A stretch of DNA of 64,000 nt from Escherichia coli (GCF_001677475.2 NZ_CP015229.1), one strand, 5' to 3'. Shown: positions 45,452 to 61,712, numbered from the stretch's first letter. Numbers and translations are program-made. The notes: generated by a model from the sequence alone, not told the origin.

Positions 45452-47665
45452 ATGAGTTTTGTATCTACGGGTAATAAACCAGTTGGAAACGGTAGACCCG
45501 TCATCACCACACCACCAATAGCTCGCGAAAGTGGCGGTATGAGCGCAAGTTCAGCCGCAACCGATGTAGCTGATGCAGCCGAACAGATGGCAGAACAGGC
45601 AGTTGCAGATCTATTTGGTGCGCTTCCAGAACCGTCAGGACTGGTTAAAGCTGCAGTAGCTGCTGCGCAGGCCGCCGCCGCCGCGGCAGGGATCTCGGAT
45701 ATGGCTGGTGCAGCTCAGGATGCGGCGGCATCGCTTGCTGCCGCTGGTTCGGGGGCGCATAACGTCACAGTAAGTGGTAGTGCGGTGCCGGCGCAGATGC
45801 TGCTGTTCGCAGGTATGAATGGTTCGGAAGGGCTTGGGAATCTGTTTTCCTATACAGTACAGCTTAAAACGCCTGACACCCTGAACCTCGGATATGTCTC
45901 CCCTGCTGCCAATCTGCCGCTCAAACCGATGGTGGGCAAAGACCTGTGCGTCAATATTGAACTGGAGGGCGGCGGCAAACGGCATATCAGCGGGCTGGTG
46001 ACGGCTGCGAGGGTAGTCGGTCACGAGGGGCGCTCGGTCACGTATGAATTGCGCATTGAACCGTGGTTGAAGCTGCTGACCCACACCAGCGACTACAAAG
46101 CCTTCCAGAACAAAACCGTGGTGGATATTCTCGATGAAGTCCTGGCTGAATATTCCTTTCCGGTGGAAAAGCGGCTGGTGGAAAATTATCCGCCCCGCGC
46201 CTGGCAGGTGCAGTATGGTGAAACCGATTTTGATTTCATCCAGCGCCTGATGCAGGAATGGGGTATCTACTGGTGGTTTGAGCACAGCGAGAACAGCCAC
46301 ACGCTGGTACTGGCTGATGCCATCAATGGTCATAAAACGTGCCCGGACTCGCCGCTGGTAGAGTGGCACCAGGAAGGACTGAAGCTCGATAAGGAATTTA
46401 TCCACACCATTACGGCCAGTGAGAGGCTGCGTACTGGAAAGTGGGTGCTGGACGATTTTGATTTTATGAAGCCGCGTTCACTGCTGAAAAGTACCGTGGC
46501 TAATCCGCGTGATACCGGTCATGCTGAATATGAGCATTACGAATGGCCTGGTGATTACTTCACTATGGGGGAAGGCGAGATGCTGACGCGCATTCGTATG
46601 GAAGCGCAGCGCAGCCCTGGCAGCCGGGTTGGAGGGGCGGGGAATATCCGCACCCTCATGACTGGTTACACCTTTACGTTGATGAATCATCCGACGGCGG
46701 AGGTCAACCAGGAATATCTGCTGGTGCAGACCACACTGTTTTTACGGGACAATGCGCAGTACAGCGGCCAGGACCAGCATTTTACCTATGTCACCACGTT
46801 CGAACTGCACCCTACCAGTGAAGTCTACCGCCCACAGCGAACCCTGAGCAAACCTCATACCAAAGGCCCGCAGAGCGCCATCGTCACCGGTCCGGCGGGG
46901 CAGGAAATCTGGACGGATAAATATGGCCGGGTGAAGGTGCAGTTTGGCTGGGATCGTTATGGTAACAATGACGAAAACAGCTCCTGCTGGGTCCGTGTTA
47001 GCTATCCGTGGGCGGGAAAAGGATTCGGCATGATCCAGATCCCGCGTATTGGCCAGGAAGTGCTGGTGGATTTCAAAAATGGTGACCCGGATTTACCCAT
47101 CATCGTGGGGCGTACCTATAACCAGGACACGATGCCGCCGTGGGGATTGCCTGGCATGGCGTCGCAGAGCGGGATATTCAGCCATTCGTTACAGGGGGGG
47201 CCGACCAACGGAAACATGCTGCGCTTTGATGACAAAACGGGGGCGGAAGAGGTGAAGTTCCATGCGGAAAAAGACCTCAATACCACAGTAAAAAACAATG
47301 AAACCCACACGGTCATGGTCGATCGCACAAAAACCATTGTCAAAAATGAAACCATCAGCGTGGGAGAAGACCGTAATGCCACCATCACAAACAATGATGG
47401 GCTTTCCGTCAAACTAGCTCAAACCATCAATGTCGGGACGACATATCGTCTGGACGTTGGCGAGCAATTTACCCTTCGCTGCGGCAATGCAGCGCTTGTA
47501 TTACACAAGGATGGCTCGATTGAGTTTTGCGGAAAACAACTTTTACTGCACGCCAGCGATGTGATGCAACTCATTGGCAGTGGTATTGATATGAATCCGG
47601 ATGGCGGAAAAGCCATTACTGCGAATGATATTGCCCCAGTACCCACTCCGGATGCTTCTGAATAA
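45452..47665 (+). CDS. vgrG: T6SS spike protein VgrG (TssI) with ~100-aa Ala-rich N-terminal extension
   Basis: 737-aa ORF; RBS aaggag before ATG 45452; canonical VgrG region begins near residue 105 ([34 protein letters not shown]). Confidence 0.88.
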   Translation: MSFVSTGNKPVGNGRPVITTPPIARESGGMSASSAATDVADAAEQMAEQAVADLFGALPEPSGLVKAAVAAAQAAAAAAGISDMAGAAQDAAASLAAAGSGAHNVTVSGSAVPAQMLLFAGMNGSEGLGNLFSYTVQLKTPDTLNLGYVSPAANLPLKPMVGKDLCVNIELEGGGKRHISGLVTAARVVGHEGRSVTYELRIEPWLKLLTHTSDYKAFQNKTVVDILDEVLAEYSFPVEKRLVENYPPRAWQVQYGETDFDFIQRLMQEWGIYWWFEHSENSHTLVLADAINGHKTCPDSPLVEWHQEGLKLDKEFIHTITASERLRTGKWVLDDFDFMKPRSLLKSTVANPRDTGHAEYEHYEWPGDYFTMGEGEMLTRIRMEAQRSPGSRVGGAGNIRTLMTGYTFTLMNHPTAEVNQEYLLVQTTLFLRDNAQYSGQDQHFTYVTTFELHPTSEVYRPQRTLSKPHTKGPQSAIVTGPAGQEIWTDKYGRVKVQFGWDRYGNNDENSSCWVRVSYPWAGKGFGMIQIPRIGQEVLVDFKNGDPDLPIIVGRTYNQDTMPPWGLPGMASQSGIFSHSLQGGPTNGNMLRFDDKTGAEEVKFHAEKDLNTTVKNNETHTVMVDRTKTIVKNETISVGEDRNATITNNDGLSVKLAQTINVGTTYRLDVGEQFTLRCGNAALVLHKDGSIEFCGKQLLLHASDVMQLIGSGIDMNPDGGKAITANDIAPVPTPDASE

Positions 47666-47688
47666 AAAATAATAAAAGGATTTTATCT

Positions 47689-48132
47689 ATGACCAGCCTT
47701 TACCGTATTCAGGAGGGCAGCTTTGCCCTGCCTGAAACTTTTCTTGATCGCACCGTCAATATCTTCGTCCCGTCGGGCAATGAGAGGGCAACTCCCAGTC
47801 TGAATATTTCCCGCGACACGCTCAGGCCCGAGGAAAACCTGACCACCTACATTGACCGCCAGATAGCCTTGATGAAAAAAAACCTGGGTCAGCACCGGGT
47901 ACTTTCGCGGGGAACGGCAGTGGCGGGAACTGGCGAAGCTGCCATGGCAGGTGAACAAATTCTCGCAACTCACCGTTCTGGAAAAACAGAAGTGTATCAG
48001 CGTCAGGCCGGGTTTATCACCGGGCCAGGAAAGGTTCTGGTGTTAACCCTGACCTGTCAACGTCCTTTTGATGAGCATACTGACCAGCTATGGACTGTCT
48101 GGTTGACCAGTTTTCAGCCCGCTAAGAGTTAA
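47689..48132 (+). CDS. eagR: DUF1795-family Eag chaperone (EagR-like) for the downstream prePAAR-Rhs effector
   Basis: 147-aa ORF between vgrG and rhs; size and position typical of Eag chaperones. Confidence 0.6.
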   Translation: MTSLYRIQEGSFALPETFLDRTVNIFVPSGNERATPSLNISRDTLRPEENLTTYIDRQIALMKKNLGQHRVLSRGTAVAGTGEAAMAGEQILATHRSGKTEVYQRQAGFITGPGKVLVLTLTCQRPFDEHTDQLWTVWLTSFQPAKS

Positions 48133-48137
48133 AATAA

Positions 48138-52623
<4,486 letters not shown>

Positions 52624-52628
52624 TGCCG

Positions 52629-52669
52629 AAAAAAGCCGGGAACAATATTAAATCTTCCCGGCTTTTTAT
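52629..52669. terminator. Bidirectional Rho-independent terminator between rhs-immunity operon and symE-like gene
   Basis: aaaaagccgggaa…ttcccggcttttt inverted repeat with flanking A/T runs. Confidence 0.75.
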
Positions 52670-52672
52670 TAT

Positions 52673-52966
52673 TTAATTATCGTTCAGCATACTAAACATC
52701 CCGTCACGCATCCCCTTAACCGCCTGTTTGACCTGGTAAAGTTCCCTGCGCAGTTCCTGTACTTCGTTGTTATCCGCTAGCAGGATCAGGCAACCTTCCG
52801 AGATCTTCACGGTAACGCCCGTGCCGATCTCAAATCCCGCTTCTCTCAGCCATTTGGCGCTGATTTTGATCACCGGCGTGTCGCTGCGGTTGGGCAGATA
52901 GCCCACGGTACAGTGGCGCTGTGTTTTGGAAATGGTGACTTCTGGCGTAATATCGTGTTCAGCCAT
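52673..52966 (-). CDS. SymE-family (AbrB-fold) type I toxin-like protein
   Basis: 97-aa ORF; RHCTVGY…ISAKWLREAGFEIGTGVTVKISEGCLILLA parallels recalled SymE (RHVTVGY…[31 protein letters not shown]). Confidence 0.6.
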   Translation of the reverse strand: MAEHDITPEVTISKTQRHCTVGYLPNRSDTPVIKISAKWLREAGFEIGTGVTVKISEGCLILLADNNEVQELRRELYQVKQAVKGMRDGMFSMLNDN

Positions 52967-53166
52967 GATTAACTACCTTGATTAGTTGCTTGTGGTGAGC
53001 GGTGATTAAGGGGGGGGCAGCCCCAGGGAAAGATCACATAACGTTGTTTTTTGCACTAAATAATTCGCACTATATATTCAATAATTGAGTAATTCCTTAT
53101 TACTCAAAACTGTTTTTCACAGCTTATATATAATCAAATACTCCTTACATAAATAAGGAGAACAAA

Positions 53167-53610
53167 ATGGTACTTAAAAAATGATGGAGCATATTTCTAT
53201 TATCCCTGATTACAGACAAGCCTAGAAAGTGGAACATAATTTGTCAGATATTCTACTGTTGACTATTTGTGCCGTCATTTTCGGGGCTGAAGGATAGGAA
53301 GATATAGAGGATTTTGGAGAAACACATCTCGATTTTTTGAAGCAATATGGTCATTTTAAAAATGGCATCCCCGTTCACGATTCCATTGCCAGAGTTGGAT
53401 CCTGTATCAGTCCTGCAAAATTTTAACTGGATGCGTGACTGCCATTCCTCAAATGATAAAGACATTATCGCAATTGATGGAAAAACGCTCCGGCACTCTT
53501 ATGATAAGAGTCGCCGCAAGGGAGCGATTCATGTCATTAGTGCGTTCTCAACTATGCACAGTCTGAGCCTTGGGCAGATTAAGACAGATGAGAAATCCAA
53601 TGAGATTACA
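53167..53610 (+). pseudogene. yafF: Truncated, mutated ISAs1-family (H-repeat) transposase remnant, yafF-like
   Basis: Matches recalled YhhI/H-rpt N-terminus (…MEHISIIPDYRQA…ICAVI…[13 protein letters not shown]…NWMRDCHSS…[33 protein letters not shown]…[10 protein letters not shown]) but with TGG->TAG stops, frameshifts and truncation after ~150 codons. Confidence 0.8.
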
Positions 53611-53674
53611 GTGACCGCGCGTCAGTCCTTGCGGAGGGCGTCTACCCAGCCCCTTCCCTAAAAACAACGCCCAC

Positions 53675-54445
53675 TCACAGCAACCTGAACCCATCCGCGT
53701 CCTGCCATGCCGGGAATTTTTCACGATATTCTCGTAATGCCACCATCGAAAGTTCTGCATCAATGCGTGTGGCCTGGTGTGGTTCGGCGCTAGCGAGAGT
53801 TTCGCCTTGCGGATTAATCACCCGACTGTCGCCGCGATAGTGGCAGCCATTGCCATCGCTACCCACGCGATTACATCCAGCCACATACGCCTGATTTTCA
53901 ATAGCGCGAGCCGTCAGCAAAGCCTGCCAGTGCAGAGAGCGCGGGGCAGGCCAGTTGGCGACGTAGATTGCCAGGTCATAATCGTTGAAATTGCGCGACC
54001 ACACCGGAAAACGTAAGTCGTAGCACACCAGCGGCAAAATACGCCAGCCGCGCCATTCCACAATCACTCGCGCATTGCCCGCTTTATAATGCAGATGCTC
54101 ATCTGCCATGCGGAACAGATGACGCTTATCATAAAAATGTACCGTGCCGCCCGGCTCAACCAGCAAAAAGCGGTTAACCGAACCAGACTCCGTTTGTAAT
54201 GCAACACTGCCTGCAATCAGCGCATTGCACTGCTGCGCTTTAGCTGTCATCCAGTTCACTACGTCATCTTGTGCTAGCGACGAAGCTGCCGCTTCCATGG
54301 CAAAGCCGCTGGTAAACATCTCCGGTAGAACGATCACATCGCGTCCGGTAATACCTTCCAGTTGACGATCAAAATGGCGCAGGTTGGCAGGACCATCCAT
54401 CCACACCAGTGGTTGCTGTAAAAGCGTAATCTTCAAACCAGGCAC
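53675..54445 (-). CDS. yafV: Omega-amidase / nitrilase-family hydrolase YafV
   Basis: Nitrilase-superfamily motifs (…LPEMF…, CYDLRFP); GTG start at 54445 with aaggag RBS. Confidence 0.88.
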   Translation of the reverse strand: MPGLKITLLQQPLVWMDGPANLRHFDRQLEGITGRDVIVLPEMFTSGFAMEAAASSLAQDDVVNWMTAKAQQCNALIAGSVALQTESGSVNRFLLVEPGGTVHFYDKRHLFRMADEHLHYKAGNARVIVEWRGWRILPLVCYDLRFPVWSRNFNDYDLAIYVANWPAPRSLHWQALLTARAIENQAYVAGCNRVGSDGNGCHYRGDSRVINPQGETLASAEPHQATRIDAELSMVALREYREKFPAWQDADGFRLL

Positions 54446-54598
54446 GGTGTACAACTCCTTTATGCGAAGGGTTTTATAACTCTAACACCTTATCAGGCAG
54501 TTGCCTTAGCGCAGAATAAATTGATAACAAATGCTGATATTGGAAATATCTGATTTGCAAATCATCGTGTTATCGCCAGGCTTTAGGAGGTTAATAAC

Positions 54599-55072
54599 AT
54601 GGGCAGGATAAGCTCGGGAGGAATGATGTTTAAGGCAATAACGACAGTCGCCGCACTGGTCATCGCCACCAGTGCAATGGCACAGGATGATTTAACCATT
54701 AGCAGCCTTGCAAAGGGCGAAACCACCAAATCTGCATTTAATCAGATGGTGCAAGGGCATAAGCTGCCAGCCTGGGTGATGAAAGGCGGTACTTATACCC
54801 CTGCACAAACCGTGACATTGGGAGATGAGACGTATCAGGTGATGAGCGCGTGCAAACCGCATGACTGTGGCTCGCAACGTATCGCTGTGATGTGGTCCGA
54901 GAAATCTAATCAGATGACGGGGCTGTTCTCGACTATTGATGAGAAAACGTCGCAAGAGAAACTCACCTGGCTGAATGTGAACGATGCGCTTTCGATTGAT
55001 GGTAAAACGGTGCTGTTCGCGGCGTTGACCGGCAGCCTGGAAAACCATCCGGATGGCTTTAATTTTAAATAA
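54599..55072 (+). CDS. ivy: Inhibitor of vertebrate lysozyme
   Basis: 157-aa ORF with signal peptide and CKPHDC loop. Confidence 0.93.
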   Translation: MGRISSGGMMFKAITTVAALVIATSAMAQDDLTISSLAKGETTKSAFNQMVQGHKLPAWVMKGGTYTPAQTVTLGDETYQVMSACKPHDCGSQRIAVMWSEKSNQMTGLFSTIDEKTSQEKLTWLNVNDALSIDGKTVLFAALTGSLENHPDGFNFK

Positions 55073-55085
55073 TTAGCGGATAAAG

Positions 55086-55112
55086 AAACGGAGCCTTTCG
55101 GCTCCGTTATTC
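55086..55112. terminator. Bidirectional terminator between ivy and fadE
   Basis: aacggagcc-tttc-ggctccgtt hairpin. Confidence 0.7.
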
Positions 55113-55114
55113 AA

Positions 55115-57559
55115 TTACGCGGCTTCAACTTTCCGCACTTTCTCCGGCAACTTTACCGGCTTCGTCGCCAGCTCTTCCGGATCAAAGTCATCAACGTTAA
55201 TACTGCGCAGACGGCTTTCTTCAGCTTTCACCAGCATAGCGGCTTCATCTTTATCAATCAGCCCCTTCGCCAGCGCGTTGTGCGCCAGTTCATCCAGACG
55301 GGTAAACGGCAGGTTTTTACCCAGCTCTTTACAGATCCGCTGATGAATCGGGTCGGCGGCAATCACATCCACTAGCGCCTCTTCCAGTAAACCAACTGGG
55401 TTATGCTCGCTCGGCGTCAGGTACTGACCGCGACCAATGCGGGAACGGGTGGCGTTCGGCACTTGTAAAATCTTCGCCACCTTATGATCCAGCTTGTCAG
55501 ACGGTGCCAGATAATGACGTCCGGTCGGGAAGATCACCACATTCAGCAGCCCGGCAACCACGCGGTTCGGGAAGTTTTGCAGTAAATCGTCCATCGCCTG
55601 TTCTGCCTGATACAGCGCATCCTGTACGCCCCAGTGCACCAGCGGCAGGTCGGCTTCATTACGGCCTTCGTCGTCATAACGCTTCAGAACGGCAGAGGCG
55701 AGGTAAAGCTGGCTTAAAATATCCCCCAGACGTGCCGAGATACGCTCGCGACGTTTCAGGCTGCCGCCCAGCACAGCCATCGAGACATCAGAAAGCAGGG
55801 CGAGGTTGGCGCTCAGGCGGTTCAGGTGTTGATAGTAGCGTTTAGTGGCATCGCCGGTTGGCGTGCTGCTGGTTAAACCGCGCGTCAGGCCCAGCCAGAA
55901 GCTGCGAACTTTGTTGCTACCGACGTGACCGATATGTTTAAACAGGAGTTTATCGAACGCGTTGACGTCATTGTTCTTCGCCGCTTCCATCTCTTCCAGC
56001 ACGTACGGATGGCAACGAATCGCTCCTTGTCCGAAGATCATCATGCTGCGGGTCAGAATGTTAGCCCCTTCAACGGTGATGGCAATCGGTGCGCCCTGGT
56101 AAGCACGCGCCAGGAAGTTGCTCTGCCCGAGCATAATGCCTTTGCCACCAGTGATATCCATCGCATCAATAATCGACTGCTGCCCACGGTGGGTACAGTG
56201 ATACTTAACGATAGCCGACAGCACGGCAGGTTTCTCACCGAGCATAATGCCGTAGGTAATCAGCGACGCCGCAGCATCCATTACGTACGCATTACCGGCA
56301 ATACGCGCGAGCGGCTCTTCAATCCCTTCCATCTTACCAATAGAAATTTTGAACTGACGGCGAATGTGCGCATACGCACCCGTTGCCAGCGCTACCGATT
56401 TCACGCCGCCGGTTGAGTTGGAAGGCAGGGTGATGCCGCGGCCTACCGAGAGGCACTCCACCAGCATCCGCCAGCCTTGCCCGGCCATTTTTGGTCCGCC
56501 GATAATGTAATCGATCGGTACGAAGACATCTTTACCGCGCGTCGGTCCGTTCTGGAACGGTACGTTCAGCGGGAAATGGCGACGACCAATTTCCACGCCC
56601 GGCGTGGTGGTCGGGATCAGCGCACAGGTAATACCTAAATCTTCTGCGCCACCCAGCAGTTTTTCCGGGTCGGAGAGTTTAAACGCCAGCCCAAGCACGG
56701 TCGCAATCGGTGCCAGCGTAATGTAGCGTTTGTTCCAGGTCAGACGCATCCCCAGCACCTGCTGGCCCTGCCATTCCCCCATGCAGACAATTCCGGTATC
56801 CGGGATCGCGCCCGCATCGGAACCCGCTTCCGGGCTGGTCAGTGCAAAGCAAGGGATTTCCTGACCACGCGCCAGACGCGGCAGATAGTGATTTTTCTGC
56901 TCGTCAGTGCCGTAATGTTGCAGCAGCTCGCCCGGACCTAATGAGTTCGGCACGCCGACGGTAATCGCCAGGATCCCGCTCACGCCGGAGAGTTTTTGCA
57001 GCACGCGAGACTGGGCATAAGCCGAGAACTCCAGCCCGCCGTACTCTTTTTTGATGATCATCGCGAAGAAACGATGCTCTTTAAGGTACGCCCACAACTC
57101 CGGCGGCAAATCAGCCAGCTCATGAGTAATCTGGAAATCATTCGCCATCCGGCAGGCTTCTTCTACCGGGCCGTCGAGAAACGCTTGCTCTTCTGCGGTC
57201 AGGCGTGGCTGCGGATAGTTATGCAGCTTTTTCCAGTCCGGCTTGCCCTGGAACAAATCGCCTTCCCACCAGGTGGTGCCTGCGTCGATTGCTTCTTTCT
57301 CAGTGCGCGACATCGGCGGCATTACCTTACGGAAACCGCGAAATACCGGCGCGGAAATCATCGACTTACGCATAGGCGCAAAGTTAAATGGCACGAGGAT
57401 AATGGCCAGAGGCACCAGTACCCACGCCGACCACAGACCAGCAACGCCGAGGGCGGCTGTCCAGGCGAGCAAAATCAGACTGCTGATAAATAAGCTCACG
57501 CGGTGATAGAACAACGCGCCGAGCAGGACAACCGTAGCGAGAATACTCAAAATCATCAT
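55115..57559 (-). CDS. fadE: Acyl-CoA dehydrogenase FadE
   Basis: Start [20 protein letters not shown] at 57559 matches recalled FadE; track ORF extends to 57637. Confidence 0.92.
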   Translation of the reverse strand: MMILSILATVVLLGALFYHRVSLFISSLILLAWTAALGVAGLWSAWVLVPLAIILVPFNFAPMRKSMISAPVFRGFRKVMPPMSRTEKEAIDAGTTWWEGDLFQGKPDWKKLHNYPQPRLTAEEQAFLDGPVEEACRMANDFQITHELADLPPELWAYLKEHRFFAMIIKKEYGGLEFSAYAQSRVLQKLSGVSGILAITVGVPNSLGPGELLQHYGTDEQKNHYLPRLARGQEIPCFALTSPEAGSDAGAIPDTGIVCMGEWQGQQVLGMRLTWNKRYITLAPIATVLGLAFKLSDPEKLLGGAEDLGITCALIPTTTPGVEIGRRHFPLNVPFQNGPTRGKDVFVPIDYIIGGPKMAGQGWRMLVECLSVGRGITLPSNSTGGVKSVALATGAYAHIRRQFKISIGKMEGIEEPLARIAGNAYVMDAAASLITYGIMLGEKPAVLSAIVKYHCTHRGQQSIIDAMDITGGKGIMLGQSNFLARAYQGAPIAITVEGANILTRSMMIFGQGAIRCHPYVLEEMEAAKNNDVNAFDKLLFKHIGHVGSNKVRSFWLGLTRGLTSSTPTGDATKRYYQHLNRLSANLALLSDVSMAVLGGSLKRRERISARLGDILSQLYLASAVLKRYDDEGRNEADLPLVHWGVQDALYQAEQAMDDLLQNFPNRVVAGLLNVVIFPTGRHYLAPSDKLDHKVAKILQVPNATRSRIGRGQYLTPSEHNPVGLLEEALVDVIAADPIHQRICKELGKNLPFTRLDELAHNALAKGLIDKDEAAMLVKAEESRLRSINVDDFDPEELATKPVKLPEKVRKVEAA

Positions 57560-57798
57560 AACGAAAAGCCCCTTACTTGTAGGAGGTCTGACCACTTGTG
57601 ATGATATGGTTGTAGTGGATGTAAAAACATTTAGCAATGTGTTTACAATATAATTACAACAAAGCTCACATTGTTGCTGTTTTTATCCGCACTTCAGGTC
57701 AAAAAGTCCTGGTCATAGCACCTGCCCGTACTTCTCGCTTTTGGCGGTATCCGGTACACTGCATTTTGTCTATTACATTTATGCTGAAGGATATCCTC

Positions 57799-58377
57799 AT
57801 GTACCAGGATCTTATTCGTAACGAACTGAACGAAGCGGCGGAAACGCTGGCTAACTTTTTAAAAGATGACGCCAATATTCACGCCATTCAGCGCGCGGCG
57901 GTCCTGTTAGCAGACAGCTTTAAAGCTGGTGGCAAAGTGCTTTCCTGCGGCAACGGCGGCTCCCATTGCGACGCTATGCACTTTGCCGAAGAGTTGACCG
58001 GTCGCTACCGTGAAAACCGTCCGGGCTACCCGGCGATTGCCATTTCTGACGTTAGTCATATTTCCTGCGTCGGTAACGATTTTGGTTTCAATGATATTTT
58101 CTCCCGTTACGTTGAAGCGGTAGGTCGCGAAGGCGATGTACTGCTGGGGATCTCCACCTCCGGTAACTCTGCAAACGTGATCAAAGCGATCGCGGCGGCG
58201 CGTGAGAAGGGGATGAAAGTGATCACCCTGACAGGTAAAGACGGCGGCAAAATGGCTGGCACGGCGGATATTGAAATTCGCGTTCCGCACTTTGGTTATG
58301 CCGACCGCATTCAGGAGATCCACATTAAAGTGATCCATATCCTGATCCAGTTAATTGAAAAAGAGATGGTTAAGTAA
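57799..58377 (+). CDS. gmhA: D-sedoheptulose 7-phosphate isomerase (GmhA/LpcA)
   Basis: 192-aa SIS-domain protein from [21 protein letters not shown]…; longer track ORF is an upstream in-frame extension. Confidence 0.93.
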
Positions 58378-58498
58378 GGGCTTTTCTCCCTCTCCCTTTC
58401 AGGGAGAGGGCCGGGGTGAGGGTAACAGCCTGCACCTTTTTACTTTTTAATCAATCTTCGCCGGGGGCCATGCGCTCCCGCTGTTGTGGAGGTTACCC

Positions 58499-59266
58499 AT
58501 GTGCGAATTGCTCGGGATGAGCGCCAACGTCCCTACCGATATCTGCTTTAGTTTCACCGGGCTTGTACAGCGTGGTGGTGGAACCGGGCCACATAAAGAT
58601 GGCTGGGGCATCACCTTTTACGAAGGTAAAGGCTGTCGCACATTTAAAGATCCACAACCCAGCTTTAATTCCCCCATCGCCAAACTTGTCCAGGACTACC
58701 CGATAAAATCCTGTTCGGTGGTGGCTCATATTCGCCAGGCGAATCGGGGCGAGGTGGCGCTGGAAAATACTCACCCATTTACCCGCGAGTTATGGGGGCG
58801 TAACTGGACTTATGCCCATAACGGACAACTGACGGGCTACAAATCACTGGAAACCGGCAACTTCCGCCCGGTCGGTGAAACCGACAGCGAAAAAGCCTTC
58901 TGCTGGCTCCTGCATAAATTAACGCAGCGTTACCCGCGTACGCCGGGCAATATGGCGGCAGTGTTTAAATATATCGCCTCACTGGCGGATGAACTGCGGC
59001 AGAAGGGCGTTTTCAACATGCTGCTTTCTGACGGGCGCTATGTAATGGCGTATTGCTCGACTAATTTACACTGGATCACCCGCCGCGCGCCGTTTGGCGT
59101 GGCAACGTTGCTGGATCAGGATGTGGAAATCGACTTCAGCTCGCAGACCACACCGAATGATGTGGTCACGGTGATTGCGACACAGCCGCTGACGGGCAAT
59201 GAAACCTGGCAAAAGATTATGCCAGGCGAATGGCGCTTATTTTGCCTCGGGGAGCGTGTAGTTTGA
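58499..59266 (+). CDS. yafJ: Class II glutamine amidotransferase-like protein YafJ
   Basis: N-terminal [11 protein letters not shown] (Ntn-type Cys2). Confidence 0.88.
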   Translation: MCELLGMSANVPTDICFSFTGLVQRGGGTGPHKDGWGITFYEGKGCRTFKDPQPSFNSPIAKLVQDYPIKSCSVVAHIRQANRGEVALENTHPFTRELWGRNWTYAHNGQLTGYKSLETGNFRPVGETDSEKAFCWLLHKLTQRYPRTPGNMAAVFKYIASLADELRQKGVFNMLLSDGRYVMAYCSTNLHWITRRAPFGVATLLDQDVEIDFSSQTTPNDVVTVIATQPLTGNETWQKIMPGEWRLFCLGERVV

Positions 59267-59977
59267 TGCCAGCTGTGGCTGCACAACTTCGTGGCTTAAC
59301 GGCTTGCTGACCACGTAACGACCATTGACCACAGAAACGGTCGGTGGCTTACGGGTTTGCTCAAAGTAGTCGTAACCTGGCTTCAGCTGCTCCCAGAAGT
59401 CCTTAAAGTTGGAATATTTATGGCGCTTCATATTGGCGTCGGTCATGCGGAACGGGTAAATACTCACTTGCACGCTCGGCTGACCAAACACCAGCGCACC
59501 AGTAACGAACTGGAAGATCTCATCAATACCCTGATTGGTCATCGCGTAGCAGCCGATGGAAACACAATCGCCGTGGATCATCAGATATTTCCCTTCATAA
59601 CCATGCGCACGGTCATAAGCATTGGGGAATCCAATATTAATCGCTTTGTAGTAACGGCTGTCTGGTTTTAACTGATTACGCTGGACGCTATAAAACCCTT
59701 CCGGGCTTTTGAAATCGCCCTGACGCTGTTTTGGCCCTAAGCCGCCGGAATATTTACAGATTTTATAGCTGTCGAGCAGTTGATATTGCTCGCCCATTTT
59801 GACGTAGAGATCGAGCGTACGTTCTTCCTTGAAGATCTGGATGTAGACAGGGGATCCCATCAACTGCTGCTTATACTCTTTGCTCACTGGCGTGGTCGAG
59901 CTACTGCTGCCCAGCAAACCGGCAAACGAAACGCACGGGATCAACAACATCGCAAGAATTAATGCGATTTTACGCAT
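59237..59977 (-). CDS. yafK: L,D-transpeptidase-like periplasmic protein YafK
   Basis: 246-aa ORF with signal peptide; YkuD-like motif ([12 protein letters not shown]). Confidence 0.88.
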   Translation of the reverse strand: MRKIALILAMLLIPCVSFAGLLGSSSSTTPVSKEYKQQLMGSPVYIQIFKEERTLDLYVKMGEQYQLLDSYKICKYSGGLGPKQRQGDFKSPEGFYSVQRNQLKPDSRYYKAINIGFPNAYDRAHGYEGKYLMIHGDCVSIGCYAMTNQGIDEIFQFVTGALVFGQPSVQVSIYPFRMTDANMKRHKYSNFKDFWEQLKPGYDYFEQTRKPPTVSVVNGRYVVSKPLSHEVVQPQLASNYTLPEAK

Positions 59978-60132
59978 ACTGCTTATTCCTTGATAAAACG
60001 GTTACACACGCCAGGACGGCAAAATGGATCCCAAATCGGAATAGTCTGGATTTGGAAGGCTCACATTATCACCAAAAGAGTTTTACGCAAGCCTGTCGGC
60101 GCAGGGTTTACAAATTTCATCGGAAGCGGGCT

Positions 60133-60411
60133 TTACCCAAATAGCGCCGCGTGAGTTCCAGTTCTCTCAAATCGTAAAAGTTTATCGGTAAGTTTGTAAA
60201 TCAGGATCCAGTCCGGCTCGACATGAGCATCGCGATAACCTTTCCATGAACCTTGCAGCGGGTGGTCTTTATAAACAGCTGGAAGCGGTAAAGTATTATT
60301 GATAAGAAGCGTCATAAGATATTTCAATTTATTCATATCCTTATGACGCTTTTGTGCAAGTTTTACATCCTTTGAAAATTGTCCCGAGTATTCAATATCC
60401 CTTTGAATCAT
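60133..60411 (-). CDS. yafQ: mRNA interferase toxin YafQ (RelE family)
   Basis: 92-aa ORF MIQRDIEYSGQFSKDVKLAQKRHKDMNKLKYLM…. Confidence 0.93.
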   Translation of the reverse strand: MIQRDIEYSGQFSKDVKLAQKRHKDMNKLKYLMTLLINNTLPLPAVYKDHPLQGSWKGYRDAHVEPDWILIYKLTDKLLRFERTGTHAALFG

Positions 60412-60413
60412 AT

Positions 60414-60674
60414 TTAAATTCCTAATTTATCAAATAAATCATCGGCGTCTTTGGCCTTATGAACATCAACGCCAGCTTCGCTGTTTTTAATTGATTGAAT
60501 GGTTAATTGATTAGGCTCGCGTAAATCAAACGGCAATGCCTTTTCACGCGCGACTTTTGTGAGGGTTATGCGAACCAGGTCAGAGATGGTCAGCCCCATC
60601 CCGGCCAGTACGTCCGCCGCCTGATTCTTCAGATCTTCATCGATTCGGGCGCGAACAAACGCGTTAGCAGCCAT
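60414..60674 (-). CDS. dinJ: Antitoxin DinJ
   Basis: 86-aa ORF MAANAFVRARIDEDLKNQAADVLAGMGLTISDLVRITLTKVAREKALPFDL…; 2 nt upstream of yafQ. Confidence 0.93.
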   Translation of the reverse strand: MAANAFVRARIDEDLKNQAADVLAGMGLTISDLVRITLTKVAREKALPFDLREPNQLTIQSIKNSEAGVDVHKAKDADDLFDKLGI

Positions 60675-60690
60675 TGGGGTATCTCCTGTG

Positions 60691-60706
60691 CTGTATATTT
60701 ATTCAG
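60691..60706. promoter_or_regulatory. LexA (SOS) box in dinJ-yafQ promoter
   Basis: ctgtatatttattcag = CTG-N10-CAG palindrome just upstream of dinJ start. Confidence 0.7.
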
Positions 60707-60883
60707 CTTGAATTGTAGCTCAAATGAGCAACAGCGACAATCCATGAGTAATTTAATAAACGGATGTTTTTACATAATTAACTGAAATATATTTATTAAT
60801 TTTATAATAATGGTTTATTAAGTTTGTTCAGGTACGGGCCGGGATACACTGCAACATCAATGCATGACCAGCCATTATTGAGA

Positions 60884-61633
60884 ATGTCTTTGCCGTCGAT
60901 TCCCTCTTTTGTGTTGTCGGGATTATTGTTGCTTTGCTTGCCGTTTTCTTCATTTGCCAGCGCCACCACATCACATATCTCTTTCAGCTACGCCGCCCGC
61001 CAGCGGATGCAAAACCGTGCGCGTTTATTAAAACAGTACCAAACCCATCTGAAAAAACAGGCCAGCTATATTGTGGAAGGCAATGCCGAAAGCAGAAAGG
61101 CGCTGCGCCAGCACAACCGCGAACAGATAAAACAGCATCCAGAATGGTTTCCTGCGCCGCTCAAGGCGAGTGACAGACGCTGGCAGGCGCTGGCGGAGAA
61201 CAACCATTTCTTAAGCAGCGACCATCTACACAACATCACCGAAGTGGCGATTCACCGCCTGGAGCAGCAGCTTGGTAAGCCTTACGTCTGGGGCGGTACG
61301 CGGCCCGATCAAGGCTTCGACTGTAGCGGGTTGGTTTTTTATGCCTACAACAAGATCCTCGAGGCGAAGCTCCCGCGTACGGCCAATGAGATGTATCACT
61401 ACCATCGGGCAACGATTGTGGCGAATAACGACCTGCGCCGGGGAGATTTGCTGTTTTTCCATATTCACAGCCGTGAGATTGCCGATCATATGGGCGTGTA
61501 TCTGGGAGACGGGCAATTTATCGAATCGCCACGCACCGGGGAAACCATACGGGTAAGCCGGTTAGCCGAACCTTTCTGGCAGGATCATTTTTTGGGCGCG
61601 CGACGGATTTTGACGGAAGAGACGATTTTGTAG
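60884..61633 (+). CDS. yafL: NlpC/P60-family lipoprotein peptidase YafL
   Basis: MSLPSIPSFVLSGLLLLCLPF… start; NlpC/P60 catalytic region (…DCSGLVFYAY…, …HMGVYLG…). Confidence 0.85.
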   Translation: MSLPSIPSFVLSGLLLLCLPFSSFASATTSHISFSYAARQRMQNRARLLKQYQTHLKKQASYIVEGNAESRKALRQHNREQIKQHPEWFPAPLKASDRRWQALAENNHFLSSDHLHNITEVAIHRLEQQLGKPYVWGGTRPDQGFDCSGLVFYAYNKILEAKLPRTANEMYHYHRATIVANNDLRRGDLLFFHIHSREIADHMGVYLGDGQFIESPRTGETIRVSRLAEPFWQDHFLGARRILTEETIL

Positions 61634-61635
61634 AA

Positions 61636-61712
61636 CGGATAAGGCGTTCACGCCGCATCCGGCGGTTATGCGCTGGTGCCTGATGCGACGCTGGCGCGTC
61701 TTATCAGGCCTA
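61636..61712. repeat. REP (repetitive extragenic palindrome) element(s)
   Basis: gccgcatccggcgg… and gcctgatgcgacgctggcgcgtcttatcaggcctac palindromic units. Confidence 0.7.

Noticed and set aside
45635-47646. 256-aa minus ORF 45635..46405 and other ORFs overlapping vgrG
   Set aside because: Antisense or alternative frames within vgrG.
52967-53166. Possible LexA box upstream of the symE-like gene
   Set aside because: No CTG-N10-CAG palindrome found; nearest candidate ctgtttttcacag has wrong spacing.
53777-59962. Nested or antisense ORFs in yafV, ivy, fadE, gmhA, yafJ, yafK (e.g. 53777..54016, 54692..55048, 55925..56416, 56996..57493, 57907..58338, 59357..59671)
   Set aside because: Overlap well-supported housekeeping genes on the opposite strand or in alternative frames.
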